From positions 310,001 through 374,000 of the forward strand of contig OZ025737.1 in assembly GCA_964019335.1 (NCBI GenBank): DNA of 64,000 bases, in the 5' to 3' direction. The position numbers and the translations under genes were made by a program. Below the pieces are notes generated by a model. It saw only the letters and a list, made by a program, of their open reading frames with translations. It was not told where the DNA came from and searched no databases. Numbering within the stretch: position 1 is the first letter of the stretch; each line of letters starts with the position of its first letter. This DNA comes from Diplonema japonicum. Taxonomy: Eukaryota; Protista; Euglenozoa: Diplonemea. This document shows, piece after piece, positions 23,051 to 33,718 of the stretch.

Positions 23051-24655
23051 ATGAACGGAGAGTACTTAGTGAAAATCGGGAAATCTTGGGAGTCTAATGG
23101 TTTAGACCAACATGGTGACATCATTAAAGTGCGTGTAGAAGCGGGTGTTACAATCACAGAATTTTTCGCAGTGATCAGCAAAGCCGTGCATGCCACTGTG
23201 GAGAAGGTAAAGTACTACGACGAGGATGGCGACAAGGTACTCATCGAAACCCAAGAACAGCTTGACCTGGCCTTCATGGAGTTCAAAGAGAAGAGACGCT
23301 TCAAAGTTATCGTGAACCAGGAGGACGCTGTCACCCACGACCAGCTCGTCACCAACGTCCTTGAGGAGTACAGGGAGTACCTCGAGGACCGCTCCAAGTT
23401 CCACTTCGGCTACCCTTACAACCTCCACTACGACCACCAAGAGATCTTCGACGTGATGCAGTACTCCATCAACAACCTCGGCGACCCCTTCATCGAGTCC
23501 AACTACGGTGTCCACTCCAGGAAGTTCGAGCTCGATGTTCTAGCTTTCTTTGCAGAGATGTGGAAGATCCCCGAAGGCGAGTATTGGGGATACGTCACCT
23601 CATGCGGGACAGAGGGCAACTTGCACTCCATCCTGTGTGCAAGGGAGATGCACCCTACTGGTGTGCTGTACGCCTCGAAGGACTCTCACTATTCCGTCTT
23701 CAAGGCTTGCAAGTATTACAGAATGGAGTACAGGGTCATCGACTCCACCGAGAATGGTGAGATGGACTACAAGCACTTCGGTGCGGAGCTTGCTAAGAAC
23801 AAGGACAAGCCTGCCATCGTCGTCGCGAACATCGGCACCACTGTGAAGGGTGCTGTTGACAGTGTGGACGGCATCACTGCTGTGCTGGACGCGTGCGGCA
23901 TCCCCGACGACGCGCGGTTCATCCACTGCGACGGTGCGTTGTACGCGCTGATGCTGCCCTTCATGAAGGAGTTCGAGCAGGTCGACTTCACAAAGAAGAT
24001 CGACAGCATGTGCGTCTCGGGGCATAAGTTCCTGGGGTGCCCCATGCCCTGTGGCGTGGTGGTGTGCAGAAAAAAGAACCTCGACAGAGTGACACAGGAG
24101 GTGGAGTACCTCAACTCTGTGGACACAACCATCATGGGCTCTCGTAACGGACATGCCCCCATCTTCCTGTGGTACTCCTTGCAGAAGGGTGGTGTGGATG
24201 CACTGAAGGCGAAGGTGAAGCTATGCCATGCCAACGCCAGGCTGCTGTACAACCTGTTGAAGGACAAGGGCGTTAAGGTGATGCTGAACGAGAGGTCCAC
24301 CACTGTGGTGCTGACGAGGCCACCTGAGAAGTTCGTGAAGCACTGGCAGCTGGCATGCATGGGGGACATCGCACACGTGGTGGTGATGCCCAATGTCACT
24401 GTCGAGAAGATCGTCATGTTTGTGGACGAGCTGGTCGATGCCTTCAACGGCACATGGACACCATACAAGGCGCAGGAGAGGAAGGACTGCAGCAACGTGC
24501 GTTCTTGTTTCGGGAGCCACACCATCGACAAGCACCACACTGCTCCCACCGCACACCCTTTCCACGACCTTTCCTTCAGGAAGCTCCGTGCCCGCACCCC
24601 ACAGCAGCTTAACGAGTCCTTCAACAAGAATCCAACTGTCACCAGATCGCAGTGA
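23051..24655 (+). CDS. SDC: PB1 domain fused to a PLP-dependent serine decarboxylase (group II, plant SDC-like)
   Basis: N-terminal OPCA motif YYDEDGDKVLI. SDC motifs HFGYPYNL, INNLGDPFIESNYGVHS, WGYVTSCGTEGN, HCDGAL, SGHK (PLP lysine) and IMGSRNGHAPIFLWY. Confidence 0.9.
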   Translation: MNGEYLVKIGKSWESNGLDQHGDIIKVRVEAGVTITEFFAVISKAVHATVEKVKYYDEDGDKVLIETQEQLDLAFMEFKEKRRFKVIVNQEDAVTHDQLVTNVLEEYREYLEDRSKFHFGYPYNLHYDHQEIFDVMQYSINNLGDPFIESNYGVHSRKFELDVLAFFAEMWKIPEGEYWGYVTSCGTEGNLHSILCAREMHPTGVLYASKDSHYSVFKACKYYRMEYRVIDSTENGEMDYKHFGAELAKNKDKPAIVVANIGTTVKGAVDSVDGITAVLDACGIPDDARFIHCDGALYALMLPFMKEFEQVDFTKKIDSMCVSGHKFLGCPMPCGVVVCRKKNLDRVTQEVEYLNSVDTTIMGSRNGHAPIFLWYSLQKGGVDALKAKVKLCHANARLLYNLLKDKGVKVMLNERSTTVVLTRPPEKFVKHWQLACMGDIAHVVVMPNVTVEKIVMFVDELVDAFNGTWTPYKAQERKDCSNVRSCFGSHTIDKHHTAPTAHPFHDLSFRKLRARTPQQLNESFNKNPTVTRSQ

Positions 24656-24858
24656 TTACAATGGGGCTTCGTGGAGATTTAAAAATAGAAAGAAAGAAAA
24701 AAAGAAGGAAAAAAAAAAAAAAAAAACTGGTTTGGCGCTTAATTTGTTTGTGCGCACAGTGGAACAAAAGAAAAAAAAAAGAAGAAAAAAAAAGGTCCTT
24801 GCTACCGAATCTTGCTCCGTTTTCTTTTTAAAAAAAAAAAATAAAACTTTTTTTTTAA

Positions 24859-25832
24859 CCATCTACCAACGAGCGTCTTTATAGAGACGATTTGAAAAAA
24901 AATCTTTTGCGCAAAGGGCTTTCAATGCAATACAGCCCGGACACTTCTTGCATCCGGGCGGAAAATATGAAAAATATAAACTAAATGCTGCCCTAACTTT
25001 GCAAGAAAATGAAAAAATAAAAAAAACGCCAGCCCAAATTTACCCTTAAAAATCACTTCAAAAAAGGGCACCCAGAAAGAGACCGGAAGAGGACATTATG
25101 AGTGATGGTAGCACTGATGGCTCATCCCTATTGTGCAATTTTGATACGAACAGTGATTCTGATTCGAATTCGACCGATTCCGAGTCACAGCAGGGTGATT
25201 GGACGGCAAAGCCGGAGCAGTTGGAAGGCATCCGGTTTCGTGAAGATCGGAATCCTTGTGGACCCTGTTTTGACATCAGAGGCTCAACGCCCCAAATGCT
25301 CGTCCCAAACGTTATTCGGGTCATAACTTCGAACAATGTGGCAAATGCGGCTAAAAAAGGTGTTTCCCCGGATCTCGATGCTGCTTCTCTGCATACCTTC
25401 CTAGGTGCCCTTTTGATGGACTTGGATATCAAGCCAGATTATTCTGACTACTGCTTGGTACAACTTTGCGTGACTCCGGGCTTCAAAGACTACCACCTTG
25501 CCGGGGATACCCCCAGAAACCCCTCTCGGGGTCAAAAAAGAAGTCCCCCAGCCCTGGGGCACGTACGAACCGCGTCAAGAAGGCCTTAAATAGCTTTTTA
25601 TAGAATTTTACAGTCGATTTTTTTTGACTTGTTTTTTGTACCCCCTCTCGAGCACTTCGGGAACGATATTTTTGACAATGTTGTGGGGGTGGGCCCTGCT
25701 GTGGGCACCCTCTCTCTAGAATTGGGACATCTGGAAGCATTTCCGGGGGCATATAGCCCCAGCGTTGCGCTAGAATAGTTTTTTTTGAAGTTTTGAAAAT
25801 TTACCCCCTGGTGGGCAAAAATGGTCCGATGG
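24859..25832 (+). mobile_element. piggyBac-like internally deleted element
   Basis: TTAA at 24855-24858 and 25833-25836 with imperfect termini CCATCTACCA / TGGTCCGATGG. ORF 25098-25589 has an acidic Ser-rich N-terminus and TFLGALLMDLDIKPDYSDY, resembling PGBD. Confidence 0.65.
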
Positions 25833-26421
25833 TTAAAAAAAATTTATCTTTCCAAAGAAAATAAAAATAAAAATAAAAAGAATAAATTAAACTTATTCTT
25901 AACCAAAAGAAAGGACGATTGTCCCTTTTTTCTTCTCTTTTTAAAGGCTTGTTGCGATTCTGGTTAAGAATGCTCGAGCACCAGGGGGCACTTAAGAGAA
26001 AGACTGTGGTGCCTCAATTCAACTCTGTCCTTCATGGTTTGGAAGGAAACAAAAGAAGTTACAAATGAAAAACGAATGGAAAAGCTGGCAAGCAAGTTCC
26101 TCATGGGGCGGCTTCAGCTACGCATTGCAACGTAAGATTTTTAAAGTTAGAAACGAAAAGAAAATACAAGATTTAAAAAAAGAGAAAAAAAGAAGACAAA
26201 AATAAACGTAAAAAAAAGAATGGAAACCATGCTGGATATGCTTGCTACCAGGCCGAAGCCTGTTGTCTTGCAGAACTTGCTGTGGTGTCATCAAAAGCGC
26301 AGGGCACACATTCTGTGCCTGCAGCAGCGATGACTTCTCTTTGTCTTTTATTTCTTTAAGCAGTACTTCTTATCCATCACCCCGTCAGGTATTCTATCAC
26401 ACTTTCTTTAAAACACAAAAA

Positions 26422-27516
26422 ATGTCATCCCCCAAGCCTTGGATTGCGGAGTACCTTTGGGTTGCAGGGCGCAACACGTACACGGACCTGCGTTCGAAGT
26501 ACAAGACGATGACCGGGGTGTCCCTGGAGAAGGCGGAGCTGTCGGACATGCCGGTGTGGAACTTCGACGGGTCGTCGACGAACCAGCACAGGGGGAGCAA
26601 CACGGAGATCATCATCAAGCCTGTGGCGATGTTCCCGCACCCGTTCATCGAGAACGCGAAGGCGGTGCTTTGCGAGTGCTACTACCCGGAGGGGGAGGCG
26701 GAGAGGGCGAACACGCGAAAGGTGGCTGCGGAGATCTTCGAGCGACACGCGGAGGAGGAGCCGATGTTCGGGCTGGAGCAGGAGTACTTCATCTTCAAGA
26801 ACGGGAAGCCGTTCATGTGGCCTGAGAACGGGTACCCGGCGCCGCAGGGAGACTACTACTGCGCGAACGGGTCGCAGGTGTGCGGGCGAGAGCTCGCCCT
26901 GGAGCACTACCAGGCGTGCCTCAGGACGGGGCTGAAGATCTCCGGGGTGAACGCGGAGGTGGCACCGTCGCAGTGGGAGTTCCAGATCGGACCCTGCATC
27001 GGGGTGGAACAGGGGGACCACATGGTGATGGCGAGGTGGATCTTCCAGAAGATCGCTGAGAAGTACGGGCTTGAAATCAACTACGAGCCGAAGCCGATCA
27101 AGGGAGACTGGAACGGGTCCGGGTGCCACATGAACTTCTCGTCGAAGGCGATGCGCGAGGAAGGGGGCATGAAGGAGATCACCGAGGCCTGCGAGAGGCT
27201 CTCCAAGACCTACCTGGACGACGTGAAGTTCTACGGAGGGGACAACATGGAGAGGATGACCGGGGCCCACGAGACCTCCAAGCTCTCCGAGTTCACCTAC
27301 GGGATCGGGACCAGGCACACCTCCGTCAGGATCGGGAACGACATCGCAAAGGCCGGGAAGGGATACTTCGAGGACAGGAGGCCCGCCTCCAACATCGACC
27401 CCTACATCGCCACCGCCAGGTTCTTCGCATCCAGCATGGGACACGAGGGTCCCTCCGTCGACCTCCTCACCCCCCAGCCTTGGTGGGAGGTTCTCGAGGC
27501 TGAGGCCAAGCAGTAA
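26422..27516 (+). CDS. GLN1: Glutamine synthetase type II, copy 2 (CDS identical to copy 1)
   Basis: Same 364-aa protein as 20682-21776. The alternative-frame translations also match. Stop is TAA rather than TAG. Confidence 0.97.
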   Translation: MSSPKPWIAEYLWVAGRNTYTDLRSKYKTMTGVSLEKAELSDMPVWNFDGSSTNQHRGSNTEIIIKPVAMFPHPFIENAKAVLCECYYPEGEAERANTRKVAAEIFERHAEEEPMFGLEQEYFIFKNGKPFMWPENGYPAPQGDYYCANGSQVCGRELALEHYQACLRTGLKISGVNAEVAPSQWEFQIGPCIGVEQGDHMVMARWIFQKIAEKYGLEINYEPKPIKGDWNGSGCHMNFSSKAMREEGGMKEITEACERLSKTYLDDVKFYGGDNMERMTGAHETSKLSEFTYGIGTRHTSVRIGNDIAKAGKGYFEDRRPASNIDPYIATARFFASSMGHEGPSVDLLTPQPWWEVLEAEAKQ

Positions 27517-28105
27517 AGTGCTGTCGTTTCCCATCTCCACTCCGCTAGATCTAATATTCAACATTGTCCTTGGTTTAAGACGCTTGAACGATTCTCATAA
27601 ACACACTGTGTTTTCATAAACTATATGTCGATCATCTTTCTTCCTCTCTCATGTTCCCTGCGGTCAGATAGCTCACTCGATGGGCGCCCCTCCCTATTCC
27701 CCGTAGTCGTAATTGACCCCCTTTGGACAAACTAACTCTCGTCAGCTTTCTTCGAGCGATGAGAGATGGTTGAAGGAGTTCAGTATGACATCTCGCACAT
27801 GCCTGCCGAAGAACGAGATGTATCTGCTCCCAAGGGGAACATGCACGTTTCTTTTCTTCTTTTCTTTCCTTCTTCTTTTTTATTTTGTTTTTATTTTTTT
27901 TTATAAATATTTTTGGATATTTTTTTCCATTTTTTTTTTTACGCCCCATTTTTTTTCTTTTTTTTGATTTTCTTCAAAAATAAAAAAAAGCTTTTCCCCC
28001 CCATTTTTTTTCTTCCCATTACGTACATGTTTCATTTCTGCTTTCATTACGTCTGATTTTTTTTATCCTTTCTAACCCAAACAACAACAAATAGTGGCGG
28101 TACAC

Positions 28106-28582
28106 ATGGCGAAAGTTACTCTGGTGGCGTGTGATGAATTGAGGGTGGAAACCACCTCTAAGGTGTGCAACATGAGCAAGCTATTGAGCGAATTGATCGA
28201 AGAGCAGGAAGGGGAATGCGAAATACCGGTAGCAAACGTTAGGGGCCACGCCCTGAAGGCCATTGTGGAGTACATGACCCACCATTGCGGCAACAGGGCT
28301 CCTGAGTTAGAAAAGCCGTTAAAGCGGAGCCTCAGCGAGGTGCTCAGCACGTGGGACCGAGATTTCCTCCGTGTTCACGGTGATCAAACCACCGTTTTCG
28401 AGCTCATCCGCGGGGCCAACTTCCTTAACATCCGCGACCTCCTTGAGCTGTGCTGCGCTTATCTCGCCGAAATGATGAAGTCGAAGTCAGTAGAGGACAT
28501 ACGCGACATGTTCGGTCTGGAGAACGATTTCACAGAAGAGGAGGAAGAAAAGCTGAGAAGGGAGCACAACATTGAGAACTGA
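28106..28582 (+). CDS. SKP1: SKP1-family protein
   Basis: Motifs IPVANVRGHALKAIVEY..HH, WDRDFL, FELIRGANFLNIRDLLEL.C and IRDMFGLENDFTEEEEEKLRRE. Confidence 0.93.
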   Translation: MAKVTLVACDELRVETTSKVCNMSKLLSELIEEQEGECEIPVANVRGHALKAIVEYMTHHCGNRAPELEKPLKRSLSEVLSTWDRDFLRVHGDQTTVFELIRGANFLNIRDLLELCCAYLAEMMKSKSVEDIRDMFGLENDFTEEEEEKLRREHNIEN

Positions 28583-28758
28583 ATTGAGGGAGCCCCTGAG
28601 AAAAGAAAAGAAAAAAAAAAAGTAAATCGGCAGTGTTTTTCGTTTTGTTTTATTTACCTCTGTGCTACCCCCCCCCCCCCCCCTCCCTTTGTTATCGTTT
28701 CACCCCTTTCTTCTGTATCATTCCTCCGTCATGTAAATAACTTCAGGGGGCTTATGCG

Positions 28759-31700
28759 ATGCGATCGGCCTCGCAGTGCATCAGTGGTGAATGGCGGGCG
28801 CTGCAGAAGGCGTTGAGGCGGGTCAGTGAAAGAGAGGGGGTGCTGGACCTGCGGTACGGTGGCGAGGATGACACGTATCAGAATGGCGTGACCGAGCTGA
28901 TCACGATGCAGGGGTTGTGTGAAGTGGAGATGTGGATGGCTAAGCGAATGCACATTGTGAAGCTTCGGCTGGGGTACCACAGCAGCTTTGACGATGCACA
29001 CCTTGAAGTGCTGTGCACGGGGCTGCAGACCTCAGAAGTGTTGGACGAGCTCTCTCTTTACGGCACCTCCATCACGACTCTGCGCCCCCTTATCAACATC
29101 GTACAGGGCCCCAACAACAGCCTCACCAAGGTGAACGTTGCCAATACCCCTGCCGCCGAGGACGGTACCGCCATGCTCGAGCTGTACTGGGCCCTGACAG
29201 TGAACAGCCAGCCGCTGAAACTGAAGTACATGCTCGCTAAGCTCAAAGCAGGCGCTGTCACCTCCGTCGTTCTCGACGAGAAAGGCGGCGCCAAGCTCTA
29301 TAATGACGTGGCCCTGCGGCACCTTACGTGCTGCCTCAACGGATGCGATGTCAGTACTGAGCCCGTTGCCTTCAACCCCGTAAGTAGCAACACTACACTC
29401 ACCCACTTGACCCTCACTAATGGTAGCTTTTCAACACCAGGCATAGCCCTCCTCAGCAACTACCTTCGCACTGATGCTACTCTCAAGAAGCTTGACGTGT
29501 CACACAACAACTTGGGATCTGCTGTAGCCCTCCTTGCCTCGTCCCTCACTCCACCAAAGGCGAACACTTCTCTGAACGATTTGGACCTGTCATGGACAGG
29601 TACCTGCAGCGAGCTTTGTGGTGCGGAGCTTGCGAGCATGATAGCTGGCAATAAGAGCCTCACTGTGGTCAGACTGTGCGGGAACAACCTGGAAGCAAAT
29701 GCAAAGGGTCTCGTGCAATCCCTTTATGTCAGCACTTCAATGAAGATATTGGATCTAGAAAACACCAGCATTGATGACGAGTACATGGACCTCTGTAGAG
29801 ACCGCACCCTGATCTACGAGGCGCCTTCGTGCATTGCGAAGTCAGTGCCTCTTCTCTTTGGGGATTCTCCTTTGCTCACTGTTGTGGACTGCTCCCGGCA
29901 GGACGAGAAAGACACGATCATCAACGATGCCAACGTGATGCAGCTGTTGGAGGCCTTCGTAGGGAACACGATGGTGACTACTCTCAAACTGTGCCACAAC
30001 AATATCACGATCATGGGCCTTGAGGCTCTGTGCTCGTGTTTATCGAAGCGGGATTCCCTTGCCAACCTCACGACGCTGCACATCTCAGATCTCCAGCTGC
30101 AGCCCAGCTATGTGGACATGAAGCCTGCACCAGCTCGGGCTGTCTGCAACATGCTCAGCTCGCACCCAAGGCTAAGATACGTAGACATCAGTCAGAACTA
30201 TTTAGAAGACGACGCAGGTGGGCTCTTTGTGGACATCGCGAAGCGAGTCGTGCGGATGACGTATCTCAACACCAACGGCACGCCCATCGACAGCATCACA
30301 AAGCGGCGATTGGACTTGGTCCTCCCGATGCACAAATTCCCGGGGCCCTTTGCCGCAGTAGCATGGGGCCTTTGGGGATGTGGCATTGAAGAGGGTATAC
30401 TGAACTTCTCATCTACAGGCCAGTGGTGGGCAGGAGAGAAGTTTATTTACTCTGACTGGTGCAACGAGGGGAACCCTGTGGAGCTGCTTTGCGCGGTGTT
30501 AGAGGACGAAAGTTCTATAACCTCTCTGGATGTTTCTGGGCATCAGCTTGGCGACGAAGGTGTTGCACCGCTGATGACCTTGTTGCAAAATGCCGCACTG
30601 GTAGGCATGTCGCTGAACAACACAGGGATTACGGCTCAGACTGCAGCTGCGCTTGCTAAGGTAATTCAAGCTAACGACAGCATAAAGCACGTAGAAGTGA
30701 ATGGAAACGGGATGGGCAACACGGGGTGCGATCTGGTGACAGCACAATTGAGATTCAATGCTACATCGCAGGAGTTAAAAGAGCTGCTTGTGGCTTTGGA
30801 AAATAATAGAGTAACTACTGTGAGGTATAACGGGAAGCCTGGTAGCGAGCTAACTGATGAGTGGCTAGAGTTCATTGCGAGCACCATGCTGCTTGCAACA
30901 GAGGAGGCACCAGGCATTGTTGAGGTGCTCGACCTCTCACACACACACATCACCAACACGTCGCTTGAGACACTCACCACCATCTTGAAGGACCAGACAC
31001 GGTGCCCGAGGCTGAGATCTCTTAACTTGCAAAACTGTTTGCTCACGGGGACGCAAGGATTGGCACAGTTCTTGGAGGCCGCCTCGCGCACTAACCTAAC
31101 TGAGATCAACCTGTCCCACAACGCACTGGGCGTGGAGGGGTACCAGGTGATTGTGAGCTCTCTTGGTGCACACGATTCCTTGTGCAGGGTAATTATGACG
31201 AACGACAGCAAGGTGACAACAGAGGAGTACGTCACCAACCAGTTGGAGACGGCATCCGAGCTCAATGCGCACCTCGACTTCAAGAAGCTGATCAAGAGGC
31301 TCAGGGAAGGCGACAAGACTGTGAAACATGTTAAGGAGCGCAACGCATCAGTTCATCTGGTGCGTGCACTAGCACCCCTCGTCCCATTGTCAGCTATAAC
31401 GGAGATTGACCTCAGCGGTGGTGTGGTTAACGACACTGGTGCGGGGCTGCTGGCGAAGGCTTTAGAGAGCGATCCGCCTGTGACAAATTTGGATCTCGCG
31501 TGCAATCACATCACCACAATGGGGTGCAGGTTGCTGGCGTCGGCATTGGGAGGGACAACGCAGCTGTTGCGGTTGGACTTGTCAGGGAATAGAATCGACG
31601 GGAGGGGCGCAACAGCGGTGATTGGGGCGACGAAAGCAAACAAAACGATCCTCATGATCAACCTAAGCAACAACCCCCACATCCCAGAGTCACTGCTTGA

Positions 31701-33669
31701 GTCCTTGCAGTTCGCACTGATCAACGACCAGCAGTACCTTAGCCAGATCTTGCCGTGCATCGAAGAGAACAACACCGATGTCGATGTTGTGTCTTTTGCC
31801 GACAAGGTCTGCAACACTGTCACCGTCGCCCTCGTCACGAAGGCAATGGCCCGGAATACATGTGTCAAGATATTAGACTTCAGCAACAGCACGTTGAGCG
31901 AGAGGTCGGCGCAAAACATCCAGGTCCTCCTCAAAGCATGCCCCACACTCAAGGAATTGTATCTTCATAACTGCGACTTAACCGATAGCACTTTGAGCAT
32001 TCTCACCCTGGCAGCGCAAAACAACCATGGGCTGGAAACCTTCGGCATTGCAGAAAACCCAAGTATTACCGCAAATGGCATTGCATGCTTGACAGAAGCC
32101 CTTGGCACCTTGGGGTGCGACACTATTACTAAGGTGGACACTAAGGGTATACGCATGTCTGATGCTGTCAGAAACGGTCTGGACACTGCCCTCAAGGTCA
32201 ACGAGTCGCCAGTGACTCTGAAGAGTGTTCTGTTAGGGGTGAAACAAGGGAAAATAACAAAAATCGAACTTAGTGGTGCTTCTGCCCCACGTCATCCCGA
32301 CTGGGCTGCGCTGACCTTATCGACTGTCGTGCCCTTGCACAGCACCGTGACGTCGCTGGACCTCAGCCACAACGATATCGGGGACGAGGGTGCTGGTTGG
32401 CTGTCAGAAATGCTGCACACTGCACCACATGTAACCTACTTAGACGTGAGTCACAACGATATTGGGAACTCAGGCATCTGCTCTTTCACTACAGCCTTGT
32501 GGGAGTGCGATGACATCTTGCATCTGGACGTGTCGCACAACAAGTACAGCACTGACATCAAGGTGCTCAGCTTGTTGCTTTCATGCAATGCACACCCAAT
32601 CCTGATGAAGAAGTACATCCTGAACTGGCTGAAAGGGAACACAACTGAGGAACTCGTCATCGACGGTGCGTGTGACGCAAAGGGCAAATTGCTGACAGAC
32701 GTGTCTTTGGAGATGCTGTGCGAGTTCCTTTGCCGTGACCCTGAAGTGAGCCACATATCCTTGTGCAACAATGATATACAGGACAAAGGTGCCATGCTGT
32801 TGGCAAGGTCCCTGGCGAAGCGCAATAGCATCGCGAGCATCGATCTGAGGTGCAACAGGATCGGGGATGACGGTGGGTACGCTATCGCTTCACTTCTGGA
32901 GGGCTGCTGTATTACACGACTGGACTTAGGCTGCAACAGGGTGACTGACTCCACAGCATTGCACATGGTGCGGCACGTAGGGAACTCTTACCACATTAAG
33001 GCCCTAGACCTCGCAGGCAACCCTGTGACATCAGGGACACTAGAAAGGCTCGGTCTGATGCTCACGCTCAACAACAAGAATAATATTCTGAAAGAGCTCG
33101 TGCTCAAGGTGTTTGAGAATGATGCATCCTTGCACAGTCTGGATCTAAAAGGGATGGCTTCTCAAGGGCTCTTCGACACGGACAACAAAGGGTACACAAG
33201 CGATAATCTGCCGCTGCTGTTGAGCATCCTCCAGACGTCGAGCCACATTACGGCTTTAGACATGTCAAGGAACGGCATAGGTGATGTAGAGGCCGTGTCT
33301 GCATACCTTAAGAGCAACACGACTCTTCGGTGCTTCAAGCTCAACGACAGCCCTCTGGGACAGGGCGCCCCGCTGCTGTTCCAAGTGCTTAAGTACACAA
33401 TTACATTGACGCATGTTGAGCTGGTTGGGTGTAAGCTCACTGATGACATGGCACTTAGTATCGTCTGCATAGTAGGGGCCAACCGTGCTTTGCAGTGCCT
33501 TGACTTGTCCGAGAACTTCTTCACCCATGAGACAGTTGACCGCGTCGTAGAAACAGTGAATGAATGCCCCCGACTCTATAGTCTAGAGGCAATCTTGCTC
33601 TACCCTTCCCAGGGTGGCATTGATGTGGATTACGTACGTAACGCTCGCAGTGCCGTGAGGCTAATGTGA
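28759..33669 (+). CDS. Large RNI-like leucine-rich-repeat protein (1636 aa)
   Basis: Many LxxLdLsxNxIgdxG repeats in recurring blocks. No clear NACHT or F-box domain seen. Confidence 0.88.
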   Translation: MRSASQCISGEWRALQKALRRVSEREGVLDLRYGGEDDTYQNGVTELITMQGLCEVEMWMAKRMHIVKLRLGYHSSFDDAHLEVLCTGLQTSEVLDELSLYGTSITTLRPLINIVQGPNNSLTKVNVANTPAAEDGTAMLELYWALTVNSQPLKLKYMLAKLKAGAVTSVVLDEKGGAKLYNDVALRHLTCCLNGCDVSTEPVAFNPVSSNTTLTHLTLTNGSFSTPGIALLSNYLRTDATLKKLDVSHNNLGSAVALLASSLTPPKANTSLNDLDLSWTGTCSELCGAELASMIAGNKSLTVVRLCGNNLEANAKGLVQSLYVSTSMKILDLENTSIDDEYMDLCRDRTLIYEAPSCIAKSVPLLFGDSPLLTVVDCSRQDEKDTIINDANVMQLLEAFVGNTMVTTLKLCHNNITIMGLEALCSCLSKRDSLANLTTLHISDLQLQPSYVDMKPAPARAVCNMLSSHPRLRYVDISQNYLEDDAGGLFVDIAKRVVRMTYLNTNGTPIDSITKRRLDLVLPMHKFPGPFAAVAWGLWGCGIEEGILNFSSTGQWWAGEKFIYSDWCNEGNPVELLCAVLEDESSITSLDVSGHQLGDEGVAPLMTLLQNAALVGMSLNNTGITAQTAAALAKVIQANDSIKHVEVNGNGMGNTGCDLVTAQLRFNATSQELKELLVALENNRVTTVRYNGKPGSELTDEWLEFIASTMLLATEEAPGIVEVLDLSHTHITNTSLETLTTILKDQTRCPRLRSLNLQNCLLTGTQGLAQFLEAASRTNLTEINLSHNALGVEGYQVIVSSLGAHDSLCRVIMTNDSKVTTEEYVTNQLETASELNAHLDFKKLIKRLREGDKTVKHVKERNASVHLVRALAPLVPLSAITEIDLSGGVVNDTGAGLLAKALESDPPVTNLDLACNHITTMGCRLLASALGGTTQLLRLDLSGNRIDGRGATAVIGATKANKTILMINLSNNPHIPESLLESLQFALINDQQYLSQILPCIEENNTDVDVVSFADKVCNTVTVALVTKAMARNTCVKILDFSNSTLSERSAQNIQVLLKACPTLKELYLHNCDLTDSTLSILTLAAQNNHGLETFGIAENPSITANGIACLTEALGTLGCDTITKVDTKGIRMSDAVRNGLDTALKVNESPVTLKSVLLGVKQGKITKIELSGASAPRHPDWAALTLSTVVPLHSTVTSLDLSHNDIGDEGAGWLSEMLHTAPHVTYLDVSHNDIGNSGICSFTTALWECDDILHLDVSHNKYSTDIKVLSLLLSCNAHPILMKKYILNWLKGNTTEELVIDGACDAKGKLLTDVSLEMLCEFLCRDPEVSHISLCNNDIQDKGAMLLARSLAKRNSIASIDLRCNRIGDDGGYAIASLLEGCCITRLDLGCNRVTDSTALHMVRHVGNSYHIKALDLAGNPVTSGTLERLGLMLTLNNKNNILKELVLKVFENDASLHSLDLKGMASQGLFDTDNKGYTSDNLPLLLSILQTSSHITALDMSRNGIGDVEAVSAYLKSNTTLRCFKLNDSPLGQGAPLLFQVLKYTITLTHVELVGCKLTDDMALSIVCIVGANRALQCLDLSENFFTHETVDRVVETVNECPRLYSLEAILLYPSQGGIDVDYVRNARSAVRLM

Positions 33670-33718
33670 ATAAGGTTATTTTGCATAGCCCCTTACCACG
33701 CATATGTATACAGGTACC

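Noticed and set aside
24497-24579. Possible GT-AG intron near the SDC 3' end
   Set aside because: The ORF is open without it, and no conserved motif is available to decide.
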